The position numbers were made by a program, and so were the translations under genes. Below, piece by piece: positions 52,628-64,000 of a stretch of 64,000 nt of DNA. The notes below the pieces were generated by a model that was not told the origin of the DNA, ran no database searches, and saw nothing but the letters and a program-made list of their open reading frames with translations. Position 1 is the stretch's first letter; the number at the start of each line of letters is the position of its first letter. The stretch comes from a virus, in the IMG/VR virus record IMGVR_UViG_3300036861_001052, positions 74,415 to 138,414 of that record; one strand, written 5' to 3'.

Positions 52628-53367
52628 CAGTGCACCTCGATATCGACGCGGCCCGCGGGGGCCACGGCCGGCGGAGCCGAGGGGATGCTCTCCTCGAGCT
52701 CGAGGAAGGCGAAGCGCGCCTGCTCGATCGGCCCGCTCATGCTCTCGGCGACGGCCCGTACGGCCTCTGCGCCGTCGAGCTCGAGATTCTTGACGATCTG
52801 CTTGGCGGCGTCCCTGGCGGCCTCGACGGCGCGGTTCACCTTAGCGGCCTGGTCGGCGTCGAGGATCTGACCGAGCTTCTTCGCCCGGCTCGCAGCGTCA
52901 CGGATGGCCGTGACGTCGACCCGGCGAATGCCGGCCGTCATCTCGTCGAGGAGCTCCCGGACTTCCGAGGAGAGCGCCTTCACGGCCTCCTCGTCGGTCG
53001 AGGCGATGCGGCCGCGGAGGACGTAGATCCGGACCGAGGAGAAGTGCGCGGTCTCGTTGTGGGCGTCGATGAGCTGTCCGGCCTGACGGATGGCGTCCTC
53101 GAGCTCGGCGCTCTTCGACTCCGGGCAGAGGAGGCCAAAGGCGGTGTTCACGCAGACGGAGCGGATGAGGGAGCCCGCGGCGGAGCGGACCTTGGTCGCC
53201 CGCTTGTGTTCGTCGGGGTCTTCGATCTTGCGGATCGTTTCCCAGCGCGCGATCTCCGCGGCGCCTTCCGGCCGCTCTGCGTCGAGGTCGATTCGACTGT
53301 ACGAAACGCCCCCCGTTAGGCTCGTCTTCAGCGAGACTAGAAACCCTGGTTTCAAGAGTGTGGTCAT
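52627..53367 (-). CDS. Helical hypothetical protein associated with the AAA ATPase
   Basis: 246-aa ORF directly downstream of the ATPase. Confidence 0.7.
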   Translation of the reverse strand: MTTLLKPGFLVSLKTSLTGGVSYSRIDLDAERPEGAAEIARWETIRKIEDPDEHKRATKVRSAAGSLIRSVCVNTAFGLLCPESKSAELEDAIRQAGQLIDAHNETAHFSSVRIYVLRGRIASTDEEAVKALSSEVRELLDEMTAGIRRVDVTAIRDAASRAKKLGQILDADQAAKVNRAVEAARDAAKQIVKNLELDGAEAVRAVAESMSGPIEQARFAFLELEESIPSAPPAVAPAGRVDIEVH

Positions 53368-53391
53368 CTTCTTTCCCTTTCAATAGAGAGC

Positions 53392-54939
53392 TCAGATGTC
53401 GAGCTCACGAGGCTTGCGGGGCGACTCGGCGACGGGCTTGGATGCGAAGCGCGCGCGGCCCTTTGCCCACTGGCGGAGCGCGAGGATCTGCTCGCTGGCG
53501 GTCTCCGACAGCGGCACGACGTTCTTGGCGGAGGCGATGAGGTCGGCGGTCGTGATGGGCCGCTCGCCGTCGGCGAAGGCGAGGAACAACGCGTCGGGCA
53601 CGATGGCCGCGATCTCGGCCCCCGTGAACCCCTTGGTCTCGCTCGCGACGAGGGTGAGGTCGATCTGTATGGGCATCCGGCTGCAGTACTGGGTGAGCGT
53701 CGCCGACAGCACCTGCTCGCGCTCCCGCGGGGTTGGAAGGTCCACGAAGAAGATCTCATCGAACCGGCCCTTCCGGAGGAGCTCTGGCGGAAGGCCCGTC
53801 ACCTTGTTCGCGGTCGCTACCACGAAGACCGGCTCCGTCCGCTCCTGCATCCAGGAGAGCACGGCGCCGAGTGCATCCGCCGCCACGCCGCCGTCACCCT
53901 GCTCACCGGTCGAGCCAGCGAGCTCTTTCTCGATCTCGTCGATCCAGAGCACGCACGGGGCGACCGTGCCGGCGACGGCAAGCGCCTTCCGAATGTTACC
54001 CTCGCTCTCGCCCACGTACTTCGAGCGGAGCGCTCCGAGGTCGAGGCGTAGGAGCGGCATGCCCCACGCCGCAGCGATGGCTTTCGCCATGAGGCTCTTT
54101 CCGCAGCCGGGGACGCCGAGGAACAAGCTCCCTTTCGGCGTCGGGAGGCCGAAGTCCCTCGCCCGCTGCGAGAACGCCGCCCGGCGCGAGACGAGCCACT
54201 CTTTCAGAAACTCGAGCCCGCCGACCGCGTCGAGCCCGCGGGGCTCGGGGTCGTACCAGGTGAGGACCTTCTCCCGCGCGATGACCCGGCGCTTCTCGCT
54301 CGCGATCTGTGCCGGATCGATCGTCTTGGTCGTAACGAGGCTCTTCGCGTAGCAGTTGGCGGCTTCCTCTGCCGTGAGGCCCACGGCTGCGTCGATGGCC
54401 TGGTCGCGGGCGCCGTTCGTGGGGGCGGCAGAAACCCGGATGTCTTCGGGCAAGGCGGCGATCACGGAGTCGAGGATTTCCGCGATCTCCGGCCGCGCCG
54501 GCAGGGGGTAGTCGATGACGGTCGCGTGGCCGGCGAGCTCGGGGGGCACCTCGCTCGAGGGCGTGAGCACGATGACCGCGCGCGCTTCGGCGCGGGGCGA
54601 CTGCTGGAGATTTCGCGCGAGCGAGCGCAGGGACCGGAGCGTCATCGGATCGAACCACCGGTGGAAGTCCCGGAGCACGTAGACCACCCGGCGCTTGTCG
54701 TCGCGGATGCGGTCTAGCATCATGTCCGGCTGGCGCAGGTTCGCGTTCTCGTTCGCGCCCGTGGCCGTGGTGAGCCCGGTAGCGCAGTCCCAGAAGAGCG
54801 TCTCGAACTTCGCCGCGCCGGCGGCCTCGGTGATCGCTCGTTCGACCCTGACCTCCTCGCGCGTCACGATCCAGAAGAACGTGTTTCGCGCACGGAGCAA
54901 GGCCGTAAGGTCGGCGCTGGTCTTTTGGCTTGGTGTCAT
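53392..54939 (-). CDS. Ycf46-type AAA+ ATPase
   Basis: Degenerate N-terminal domain (TREEVR, LRDFH); Walker A GVPGCGKS; Walker B WIDEIEK; ATAN; ELLRKGRFD. Confidence 0.9.
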   Translation of the reverse strand: MTPSQKTSADLTALLRARNTFFWIVTREEVRVERAITEAAGAAKFETLFWDCATGLTTATGANENANLRQPDMMLDRIRDDKRRVVYVLRDFHRWFDPMTLRSLRSLARNLQQSPRAEARAVIVLTPSSEVPPELAGHATVIDYPLPARPEIAEILDSVIAALPEDIRVSAAPTNGARDQAIDAAVGLTAEEAANCYAKSLVTTKTIDPAQIASEKRRVIAREKVLTWYDPEPRGLDAVGGLEFLKEWLVSRRAAFSQRARDFGLPTPKGSLFLGVPGCGKSLMAKAIAAAWGMPLLRLDLGALRSKYVGESEGNIRKALAVAGTVAPCVLWIDEIEKELAGSTGEQGDGGVAADALGAVLSWMQERTEPVFVVATANKVTGLPPELLRKGRFDEIFFVDLPTPREREQVLSATLTQYCSRMPIQIDLTLVASETKGFTGAEIAAIVPDALFLAFADGERPITTADLIASAKNVVPLSETASEQILALRQWAKGRARFASKPVAESPRKPRELDI

Positions 54940-57541
54940 CGGTGTCTCCACGTTCGCAGGATCCTGGCGGCCTCAGCCGGTTTCGCCTTCCGAGCCAGGT
55001 AGTACAGGTCGCCGGCAATGTGCTGGTAGGCCATCGCCATCGCGCGCGCCTCTGCCCGTAAAAGCAGTCCGTGCTGTCCGCGGCGGAAGATATGTATGTG
55101 CTCCACTGCGTCGGTCTGACGGGCCTCCGCGTTACACGCGATGCACTCGAGGATGTACCGCCACTTCATCTTGCCTGGTGTCATTGAGCTGTCCCTCGCT
55201 AGTCCGTGTTCGGGTCTTGCTTGAAGTGAAACCACCAGAGCGGGTCCGGCGGCTCTTCGGGCTGGACGGCGTGCGAGCTCGCGCGGAGCACGCGGAGCCG
55301 GCCGACGTCTTCGATGTCGTGGTCGTTCAGGAAGTCTTGGAGGATCCCCTCGTCGAGGGCCTGGTCGACCGCCGTCACGGCGTCGTCAGCGCTTCCCGCG
55401 ATCTCGAGCGCCACGAGGATCGTGTGGTGCCCCGTGAGCCGTTCGTCGGAGTCGCAGTTGGGGCATGCCGCGGTGCCGGCGGCGTATCTGTCTCCGCAGT
55501 CCGCGCAGACCACAGTGGGGTGAGACTCGGTCATGGGAGCCTTTCGACCGTGATCCGGTCGGCTTCGGCGATCTTCTCGGCGAGGGCTTCGTACTTGTCG
55601 GCGCTCTCCGTCGACGCCGCCGCGAGCACGGGGAACGCTTCGGCGTCCTCCCGGCACTGCTTGGCCGCGTTCAGGAGCGCGTTCTCGATCGTCGCGAGGT
55701 CGCTCTCGGTCAGGGTGAGGCGGTTCATGGGGAGGTCTCCACGGCCAGGCCGTCGTCCAGCATGCCTTCCACGATGGGCGCGGCGTACCGCTTGTCGATG
55801 GCGAGGCTCGTGCCGAGCCATTGCCAGGAGTCGGCCTGTACGTGTTCGTCGATCCACTGGCGTCCGAGGTAGGACACCGGCGTAATCACGACCATGGACG
55901 AGTCGCTCTCTACGCGCACGTCGCAGCTCATGGGGGATCCTTTCGTTCGAAGAGTGTGGGGCACCGGCCGCTCGCTTGGAGCTCCGGAGTGGGGGAGAGG
56001 TGACGAAGGGCGTGGCAGACGGCCCGGGCGAGGCGTTCGTCGAGCGTGAGGCCCGAACAGCCGCAGATCTCGAGTGAGCCGTGGTCCCGCGGCGTACCGC
56101 CGTGGCCGATGGCTCCCGTGCCGTTACACCGGCAGTGCGTTTCGGTGACGTTCATCGTCGGCCCTTTCGCGGCTTGGGCATCGACTCGGCCCCGTCCGTC
56201 ACGCCGCGGAGGTACGCCTTGAGCTAGCCGAGGCTGAAAGCCTCGTGGCGGCCGTTCAGGGAGCCGTGCCCCGTCGTGTCCTCGGTCAAGACTACCAAGT
56301 GGTAGTGCACTGCGACGGACGGCACTTCGACCTGATCCACGTAGAGGCACCGGCCCGACGGGGGGCGCCACGCGGAGTACGGCGTGTAGTAGCCCGACGT
56401 GCGCGCTTTCTTGGAGTGGCCGGGAATCGTGGCGCCCTCGCGCACGAACACGCCCAGCGGCACGCCCCAATCGCGAGCGCGCTCGGCCTTCACGCCCACG
56501 ACTCCGTAATCGAGCGCTTTCGCGGCCGACAGAAGTAGCGCTTCGAGTTCCTTGTTCATGGGTGCTGTCTCCAGTCGTCCGGCTCGTCGCCGTTCGCGTG
56601 AAAGAAGAGACAATCGCTGCAGACCCGGACGTGAATGATCGCCCGGTCCGTGTCGAGGTAGTGCGCGGGGTGCCGGTCGCCCCCGAAGGTGCTTCCGCAG
56701 GAGTCGCACGCTCGCCACGAGAAGTGTGGCTCGTTCGCGAGGTCGTACTCGTGTTCCGAGGGCTCCTCGCCCAGCCCGCACTCCGAGCAGCCGGGACACG
56801 CGCCGACGCTGAACGCCTCGCGGCCGACCATCCGAAGGCTCGCAGCCCGAATAAAAGGGGTCCACGCGCTCATTGGGGCCTCACGTACACCGCGAACCGC
56901 AGTGCGCCGTTCGAGAAGTTGGGGTGCGGCCAGCGGCCGCGAGCGACGCCGCTGAGGTAGATCTCTGCCGCGGCGCGGAGGAGCGGGTCGTCGACGTCCG
57001 CACCGTAGGATAGGCGCGTGGCCGCGTGGCGCACGTCGTCGCGGAACGTGTCGAAGGTGTCGAGAAAGTCGGTCATGTCAGGATCCGAAGGAGTACGGGG
57101 TCTCGTTGCCGTTCTGAGTGAAGCCCGCGCGGAAGCCCGCCGCGGTGTAGAGGTAGCGCTGGCCCCCTTTGGCGCCGCGCGAGAAGTAGAGCGTGCGACC
57201 CCACTGGTAGCCCGCGCCGCGTCCGAAACCGAACGTCAGGGTCCAGCCGAGCGGCCCGCGGTACGGGCGCCAGAAGTGAAACGCGACGACTAGGAGAGGA
57301 TAGAACCCGAACCGGACGCCGCGTTGGTCGTGGCGGCTCGTGCGAATGAAGACTGTTTTCATCGGCTCCCCCGCGAGACGTTGGCGTGCGAGTGGAGCTC
57401 AGCCAGAAACCACGCGGGCCGTAGTCCCCTGGCGACCGTCGCTAGCGCGTGGCTCGCCCACTCCTCTATCGTGGCCTCCGCGGCCCACGCTGGCCTGGCG
57501 TCGTAAGAGCGCCAGATCCACTCCGGATACGTTTTCCGCAT
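54936..57541 (-). CDS. Leftward array of about 10 small early-type genes
   Basis: Overlapping ORFs 54936-55235, 55199-55534, 55531-55728, 55725-55931, 55928-56155, 56224-56559, 56556-56873, 56870-57076, 57078-57362, 57359-57541. Confidence 0.55.
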
Positions 57542-57649
57542 CGTTCTTCCCTTTGCTCGGCCCGGCCGTCCTTCCCGACGGTCGCCGTTTGCGCCCTAGG
57601 AGCCCAGGAACGGCCCCCATGAGTTTCCGGGCTGCTCGAGCCCGGCGCC

Positions 57650-57723
57650 CACGTTACCACAAGTACAGTTTGGGTAGCGTATCATGATAGGACGTTACCG
57701 CAAGATGTCGCTTGGGTAACGTG
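57650..57723. promoter_or_regulatory. Palindromic AT-rich control site at the divergence point
   Basis: Two imperfect palindromes, ACGTTACC..14..GGTAGCGT and ACGTTACC..15..GGTAACGT, flanking the perfect palindrome TATCATGATA. Confidence 0.7.
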
Positions 57724-57816
57724 GTATCTAGGCTCGAGAGAGCCCCCTGGGGGCCGTTCCTGGCGTCGTTGGCCACGAAACCCCGGCGTAGCGGGGGCGA
57801 CGAAAGGGAAGCAGGC

Positions 57817-60800
57817 ATGGCTAACAAATTCGACACGGAGCAAGCGCGGGCGATCCGCGTTGCCCTCGAGAACGGACGACAGATCGCGGCATGGTCCGCT
57901 ACCGTGACCGACGGATCGGGCGGCCGGCGCATCGCGATCGTACTCGCAGTCACGGCCCGGGCCGCAACGAGTCTCGCGGTTTCGCTCGGAGGCGTCGTAC
58001 GCGTCGGCCCGGCACATGTCCGCGACCTACAAGGAGCAATCGACCGGGCGCTTGCACGCCGCCCTGAACCCCAGGGCCCGTTGCCCGTCGTTCCTTCGGA
58101 ACGCGAGCGCGCTCGAGTCTACTTGAAAGGCCTCGGCGAACGGCCGAGCGACCCGGCTGTCAACGCGGTACTCGGCCGGCCCGTGATCCGCCGCGCGAAA
58201 GGCGAGCCCCGGCGCGCGCCGACGGTGGGCGTGACGCGCCAGCCGGGCGCGCCGTTCGTGGGCGAGTACACTCTGACGGGTGGTAGGAGGGCAGCATGAG
58301 CACCTTCGAACCCGGTTCCCGCGTCGGCGCGCAGCGCTGGCCGTACCACGCCGCGCACCCGGATGCTTGGGGCGCGCCCCACGGGGGGACCGTCCTTCGG
58401 GCGGACGATCCGCAAGCTTGGGCCGGAACGCTCGCATTCCCGTCGCACGATCCCGATCCAGTCGCGGTCCGGGCGCACGTTGAGAAAAGCGGCTCGCACC
58501 TTGACGGGCTCGTGCCCGTCATGTGGGATTTTGGGCGCGTCTACTGGGAAGATGTCGCTCGCGTCGTGCCCTACGAGGTCGACCGAGCCGCGTGGCTTGC
58601 AGCGCGCCAAGCGAGGGTCGCATGAACCCGAAGTGCCAGATCCAATGGATCGACTGTGACGGCAAGCCCACACCAGACCAGAACGAGGCGATCGGCGTGG
58701 CCGCGATAACGATCCGCGGCGAGACCCAACGCTTTCCGATCTGCGCCGCTCACCTCGCCAGCATGGGGCAAGTCCACACCGGACGCTGCACACACGCGCA
58801 CACCCATGCTCCCACTGCGCACTGGGCCTTCGAACGGTTCGAGGAGCGCCCGGGGGCAGAAGGGGACGCTACCCCATGAGCGGCCGACACATCGGCGAGC
58901 GGTTTCCGAGTAACGAGGCGTACCTCGAGACGCTCACCCGAGACGTTCTTGAGGCGGCCGACCGAAACCCGAACCGCTCACTGCGCGAGGTCGCGCGCGA
59001 AGCGCTCGGCGTGATCTCCGACTACACATTCGAGGACATCATTCGTCGCGTCCACGCGGCCCGCAAGGCGGGAGCCCTATGAACCCGAAGAAGATCAAGG
59101 CTGCGCTTGCGTTCGTCCACTACTGGGAGGACCGAGAGCGCGGGCCCGACCGTCGCCCCTACATCGACGCATTCCACGACGCCGTGCGTGCGTTCGTGCT
59201 CACGGACGACGAGACCCAGGTCTTGCGCAACGCTCTCAACATTGCCGCGCCGCATAGCGACGCTGGCTGCACTTGCGGCATGCCGGGCTGTCCGAACGGG
59301 GAAGGTGTCGCATGAGCACGCTTGAACGTCGAGTCCTCGGAAGGGATGGGCGATGCTTCGTGCGTCAGGGCGGTGGCACCACGTACAAGGTCACACGCCG
59401 CAAGCTCCGCCGGCTCCGCATCAAAGCGAACCGGGGCTACTTCACGATCCTGCTTCCGTACTCGGATCTGCCGACCGCGTGGCATCCGACGGAGAAGACG
59501 GGGCCGTTCTCGGTCCTGTCACGAGGAGCGTTCGCTACGCGCGCGCTCGCCCGCGAGTGGGCCCGAGAACACTTGCGGCCGTTCCACCAGTACCGCCTCA
59601 AGCACTTCAAGGGAGGCTACTAGCCCATGGCCGCTCCCAAGAAACCCCTGTACAAGGCGCTCGCCTCCCTCTGCGAGGCCCGGGACAACTGTCTTCGGCG
59701 CGACAACCAAGAGTGGGCAAAGCGTCACCTCGAGCGCATTCGCGAGCTCGTGTACGAGTACATGCCGAGCGGCGCGGGCTTCGACAGCGGGGTCACGTTC
59801 GATGCGGACCGGAGCACGGGGGAAAAGCTCGTGTTTCACACCGCGTTTCACCACATGAACGAGTCCGGCGTCTACGACGGCTGGACAAACCACGACGTCA
59901 TCGTCTTGCCGTCTCTCGGCCATGGGCTCTACCTGAGGGTCTCGGGCCGAGACCGAAACCAGATCAAGGACTACATCCACGAGCTTTTCGACGCCGTGCT
60001 CCGGCAAGACGTCGACGAATTCGCGGAGGAGAAGTCGGCGTGAACACCATGCCCAAGCCCGACCAGTACCGCCAGATCGGCGGCGACATGAACCCCTCCC
60101 AGCATGGGGCGATCGTCGCCAGGTTCGACGGCGACGCCGTGGACATCTTCGAGATCGAGCCCGTCCGAGCCTATGTGGGCGACCGAGACGCACTCCAGGT
60201 AGGTTTTCCGTTCTGGTCGCGAGAGGCGTACTACGACCCGGAAGATCTCGACCCTGCGAGGACCGAAGTGCAGCGCGCTCTCGAGTCGCATGGGCTCAAC
60301 CTTGACGACATCCCGAAGGAGCACCGCGCGCTCACGATTGCCGAGTGTTTGCTCCGCTACGGGAGTGGCGTCGACCAGGGGCCCGGCGGCTGGGCAAAGG
60401 ACGTGCTCGGCGACAAGCGAGTGCTCTGGTGGGGAACGAAGCGCCCGCGCGGCTGGCGCTACCTCGCCGACGAAGACCGTGAGTTTCGAGCCCTACAACG
60501 GGAGGCCCGCTCATGAACAGATACTCATTGGGCGACTGCCCGGACGACGTCATTCGCAAGGCGTGCGCCGAGCAGTGCCCGACCGGCTACCACATGACCA
60601 TCCGCTCCAAGGACGAGTGGGCCGCGATCGCGGCCGCATGGAACCAGGGCATCGACTCGCACCTCGAAGCGCTCACGACCCGCTCGACGGCCGACCACAC
60701 AACCGGCGAGGTCAACGTGCACCCCGATGAGCTTCACGTGCTCCTCCGCCGGCTCGACGAGGACGGCAGCGACGAGGCGTGGTCACTGCGTTCGGCCATC

Positions 60801-63258
60801 TTGCAAACCCTGGACATCGAGGAGCTCTGACCGTGCCCGACGCCGTACGCATCGACATCGCAGAGGAGCTCCGGGCCGCCGCGCGCGGCGAATGCCTTGC
60901 CTGCCGCATCGGTGCGCGCCACGCGGTCAGCTCCCTTTGCCCACGCGCCAAGCACTGGGCCGACCATCACTGCGCGAGAGGGCGCCACGACGTGCCGCTC
61001 ATCATGCGTGGCGGAACTCTCGTGCGCAGGGGAACCTGCGCGCACTGCGGAACTGTGGTGCTCTAATGTCGGCCTGGAACATCACGAAAGCCGACATCGC
61101 GCGGGAGCTTGAGAAGGTCTCCGCTGGTGTCTACCGTGCGAAGAGCGATCCGCTCTTCCAAGCAGAGCTCGAGACCGGGCGCAGCGTTCGCCGCTGGCGC
61201 GTCACCTACGCCGGATCGTCGTCGCACGACGACCGCGCCGACCACGATCTCGCGTGGGTGGTCTGGCGTCTTCGTCAGATCGGGGTCTGCACCGAGTGCG
61301 GACGCCATACCGGAACGCGCATCCTGCGCGAGTGGCGAGGCCGCCTCGGCGTGCGTCGCGTCTGCCAGAAGTGCCAGGGCGAGCTCCAGTCGGCCGGGAT
61401 GGTCTACTGCGACGCGAAGCGCGCCGCGCTCGCCGCCGCTGACAAGTACGCCATGATCGTTGCGATCCGAGGCGCTCCGGACGTGCGTTCGGCGCTAGCG
61501 ATCGTCGGACTCTCAACAGGAGGAGACCCGTAAGATGACCAAGACCCAAGAGGCCCGCGCCGAGCACACGGTGGCGTTCATTCGGAGCGTACGCGAGGGG
61601 GAAGGCTGGCCCGTCGAAGCCGACCAGAACCTGAACGACTCGTGCCGCGCGCTCATCAGCGCGATGGCCGAAGACTTCGGCGAATGCTGGCTCGGCCACA
61701 TCAACCTGTACGGCGCAGACCGGCACGGGGCCAAGCCCTACATCTGGAGGTGGGACGAGTCCTTCGTGTACAACTTCGGCTGCGCCTTCGTCATCCCTCA
61801 CTACGACGCCGAGCTCGACCGCCTCATCCGGGAGCGCGACGATGCACCCTACACGGGCGCGGGAGCCGACGCCGTGCGCATCGAGACCATCATGGAGCGC
61901 ATCGCCGCTGTCGGTGGGACGCACCTCTTCTGGACGTAGCCATGAGCCGAGGTATCATAACCGCGCCGTGCGTCGACTGCGGCGCCGAGCCCCACGAACC
62001 GTGTCACTCGCGGATCCGACGGGGGCGCGCCTCGACGTCCTTTCACCCGGCCCGGAAGCGGGGTGCCACCATGCCGGCGCTCTCTCGCCTCCTATCCGTG
62101 CTGACGTTCGGGGACAGGCGCACGGCCGTTCCTGGCGACGTGTGCTTGAGACTCCTCGAGCGCGGCGGCGAGCCCGAAGACGTCCGGCCCGCGTGCAGCG
62201 ACAAGACGACCGGCTTCTGGCACTGCCTCTCTTGCATCGTAGACTTCGAGCACAACCTCGCGAAAGACCTCCACTGCTCTCACGAGGCCGGTAAGCCCCA
62301 CGTGCTCGCGTGGATCTGCCGACAGCACGGCCCAGAGGTTCCATGAGCTCTCCCCCATCAGATCCCGCGGCGCGCGTCGCAGCGCTCAATGCCGTGGCGA
62401 CTGCGTCCGACATGCTCGCCTCGCTCCGCGAGGACATCTCGGCGCTCCGCGTGGTCGCGTCGCGCCAGTCCGTAAGGGCCGACGATGAGCGCGACATCCG
62501 AGACGTCGCCGCGCACCTCGATACGATAGCTCTCTGGCTCTCCACTCGCGCCATCACGGAAGCCGTCGCTCGAAAACGCAAGCAGCATCCATGAAAAAGC
62601 AAACCTGGCAGCAATGGGCGCGTGCCGTGACGCGGGACCCGGACAGCCCATCGGGGATCCGTAAGGGCTCCCTCGGACCGCTGACGGGGCAGGACGCACT
62701 CGCGCTCACGGCGATCGTCGCGTGCTACGAGCTCTACGCCTCGAGCGACGGTGACGGCCAGCGCGGGGCCCGGGCGTCCATCCGGGCGCTTCTCCCCGCG
62801 ATGCAGCCTGGTACTCGCTGGATCGCCCAGGAGCTCATCGCCTTCGTGTTCGAGTGGGACGACCGCGATCGGCTCTGGCCGATCTTGACGGAAGGTACCG
62901 AATGACCCGCATCGACGCCGCGCTCGTTGCTCTAACGGAAGCCCAGGACGCCGTCCGAGAGGCCTCTGCCGCGCTCAGACAGGCCGAGGTTCTAGAGATC
63001 GAGTGCCAAGCCCAGTACGCCAAAGCGCGGCCCCTCACGGACGCAGAGCGTGAAGAGCTCGCCGTACGCGTGGCCGCCGGTGACGGGCTCTGCTGCGGCG
63101 ATGGGCTCGCATGGCTTCGCGAGCGGCTCCCTGATCCCTGGGCTTTCGCCATAAACGCCTGGGCGTATTCTGCCCTCGGCTGTAGGGGTCAGGCCCCATG
63201 GCTCGAGGAGAACGCGGCCCGCGTTCGTGGGCTCGAGCTCGATCGGTTTCCGCCATGA
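57817..63258 (+). CDS. Rightward array of about 16 small early-type genes
   Basis: Coupled ORFs 57817-58299, 58296-58625, 58622-58879, 58876-59082, 59079-59315, 59312-59623, 59627-60043, 60040-60516, 60513-60830, 61066-61533, 61535-61939, 61942-62346, 62343-62594, 62591-62905, 62902-63258; no recognisable domains. Confidence 0.6.
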
Positions 63259-63269
63259 AGGCGCCCGCT

Positions 63270-63503
63270 TCACCGGTGGCGTACCGTCGCCCCGTGCCAC
63301 GGCACCGGGATCCCGAAGAACGATGCGATCAGCAAGAGAAACCAGATCGCCACGACGACGATCGCGACAATCTTGATCCCCCGCTTGATCCGAGCGTCAC
63401 CCGGAAAGAGCGCGAACAAACCGTCGGCTCCCCACAAGAGGATCGCCAGAATCAGTGCCAGAATTAGGATGCCTAGGATCTCGGGCACGGGGCCTCCTTT
63501 CAC
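63270..63503 (-). CDS. Small two-TM membrane protein
   Basis: Two hydrophobic helices with a basic loop; AAAGGAGG SD just before an internal GTG. Confidence 0.65.
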   Translation of the reverse strand: MKGGPVPEILGILILALILAILLWGADGLFALFPGDARIKRGIKIVAIVVVAIWFLLLIASFFGIPVPWHGATVRHR

Positions 63504-63612
63504 GCGGGCCGAAGGGCCCGGACAGACAAGACATAAGGCTACCGTAGAAGCCCGCCTACTGCATCACCGTTCTCGGTCGAGAGACAAACTGCCCCACCAC
63601 GGAGTCCCGTCC

Positions 63613-64000
63613 ATGACACACCGATTCATTTTTGCGCTCGTCCTCACGGTTTCGTGCGGCGGCGACTTCTCTACGGGCTTTCACCCGGCGGGCGAGCCCA
63701 CGGGCGGCGGAGCCGGCGAGCCCGCGGACGCCGGCATGAACGCTACGGGCGGCGCACGTGCGACCGGTGGAACCGGCGGCGTCACGCCTGCCGTCACCGG
63801 CGGCGCCGACAATACGGGTGGCCTCATGGACACCGGAGGTGCGGGCCCGGGCACTGGAGGCACCGCCCCGACAGGCGGTGCGCCGACGGTCGACGCGGGC
63901 GCGACGGGCGGGACTCTGGGCTCCGGCGGAAGCGGCGGAACCGGTGGCGTCACGCCGACGGGCGGGACGGGCGGAGAAGATCCGTGCTTGTTTGGACTCT
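63613..64000 (+). CDS. Gly/Thr-rich lipoprotein, 3'-truncated
   Basis: MTHRFIFALVLTVSCGG lipobox-like signal followed by a TGG-rich linker; runs off the window. Confidence 0.65.
   Translation, partial: MTHRFIFALVLTVSCGGDFSTGFHPAGEPTGGGAGEPADAGMNATGGARATGGTGGVTPAVTGGADNTGGLMDTGGAGPGTGGTAPTGGAPTVDAGATGGTLGSGGSGGTGGVTPTGGTGGEDPCLFGL

Noticed and set aside
53392-54939. AAA ATPase as the genome-packaging motor
   Set aside because: It has classical AAA+ (Ycf46-like) motifs, not A32/FtsK or terminase motifs, and sits among early genes.

Overview
This GC-rich (roughly two-thirds GC by eye), gene-dense window looks like most of the genome of an uncharacterised temperate bacterial virus. The host is possibly myxobacterial; that is an inference from GC content and a Gly/Thr-rich lipoprotein at the right end. 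I found no recognisable terminase, portal, tail, packaging ATPase or DNA polymerase gene. (1) 1-32.4 kb is a translationally coupled plus-strand morphogenesis region. It has about 30 small to medium proteins ending in a C-terminal transmembrane helix plus a basic tail, and many carry a recurring Phi-x-G-(L/I/V/M)-G motif. It also encodes a transglutaminase-fold Cys-His-Asp enzyme, an 818-aa protamine-like polyprotein punctuated by Phi-x-x-N motifs, three beta-rich candidate capsid proteins, three peptidoglycan-binding proteins and two Thr-rich collagen-like fibres. The first capsid candidate is split by a group I intron carrying a LAGLIDADG endonuclease. (2) 32.4-41.4 kb holds accessory genes: GroES, two glycosyltransferases and a Tad1-like anti-defence sponge. 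(3) A 1279-aa tyrosine recombinase and a CX5R phosphatase follow. (4) Two divergent arrays of small early-type genes, including a Ycf46-type AAA ATPase and a DEDDh exonuclease, are separated by a palindromic AT-rich site at about 57.65-57.72 kb. Best candidate for a new system: a tailless, membrane-containing bacterial virus with adenovirus-like motif-directed proteolytic maturation (or sorting) of dozens of virion proteins and an Arg-rich core polyprotein. All family calls come from motif recognition by eye, not database searches.
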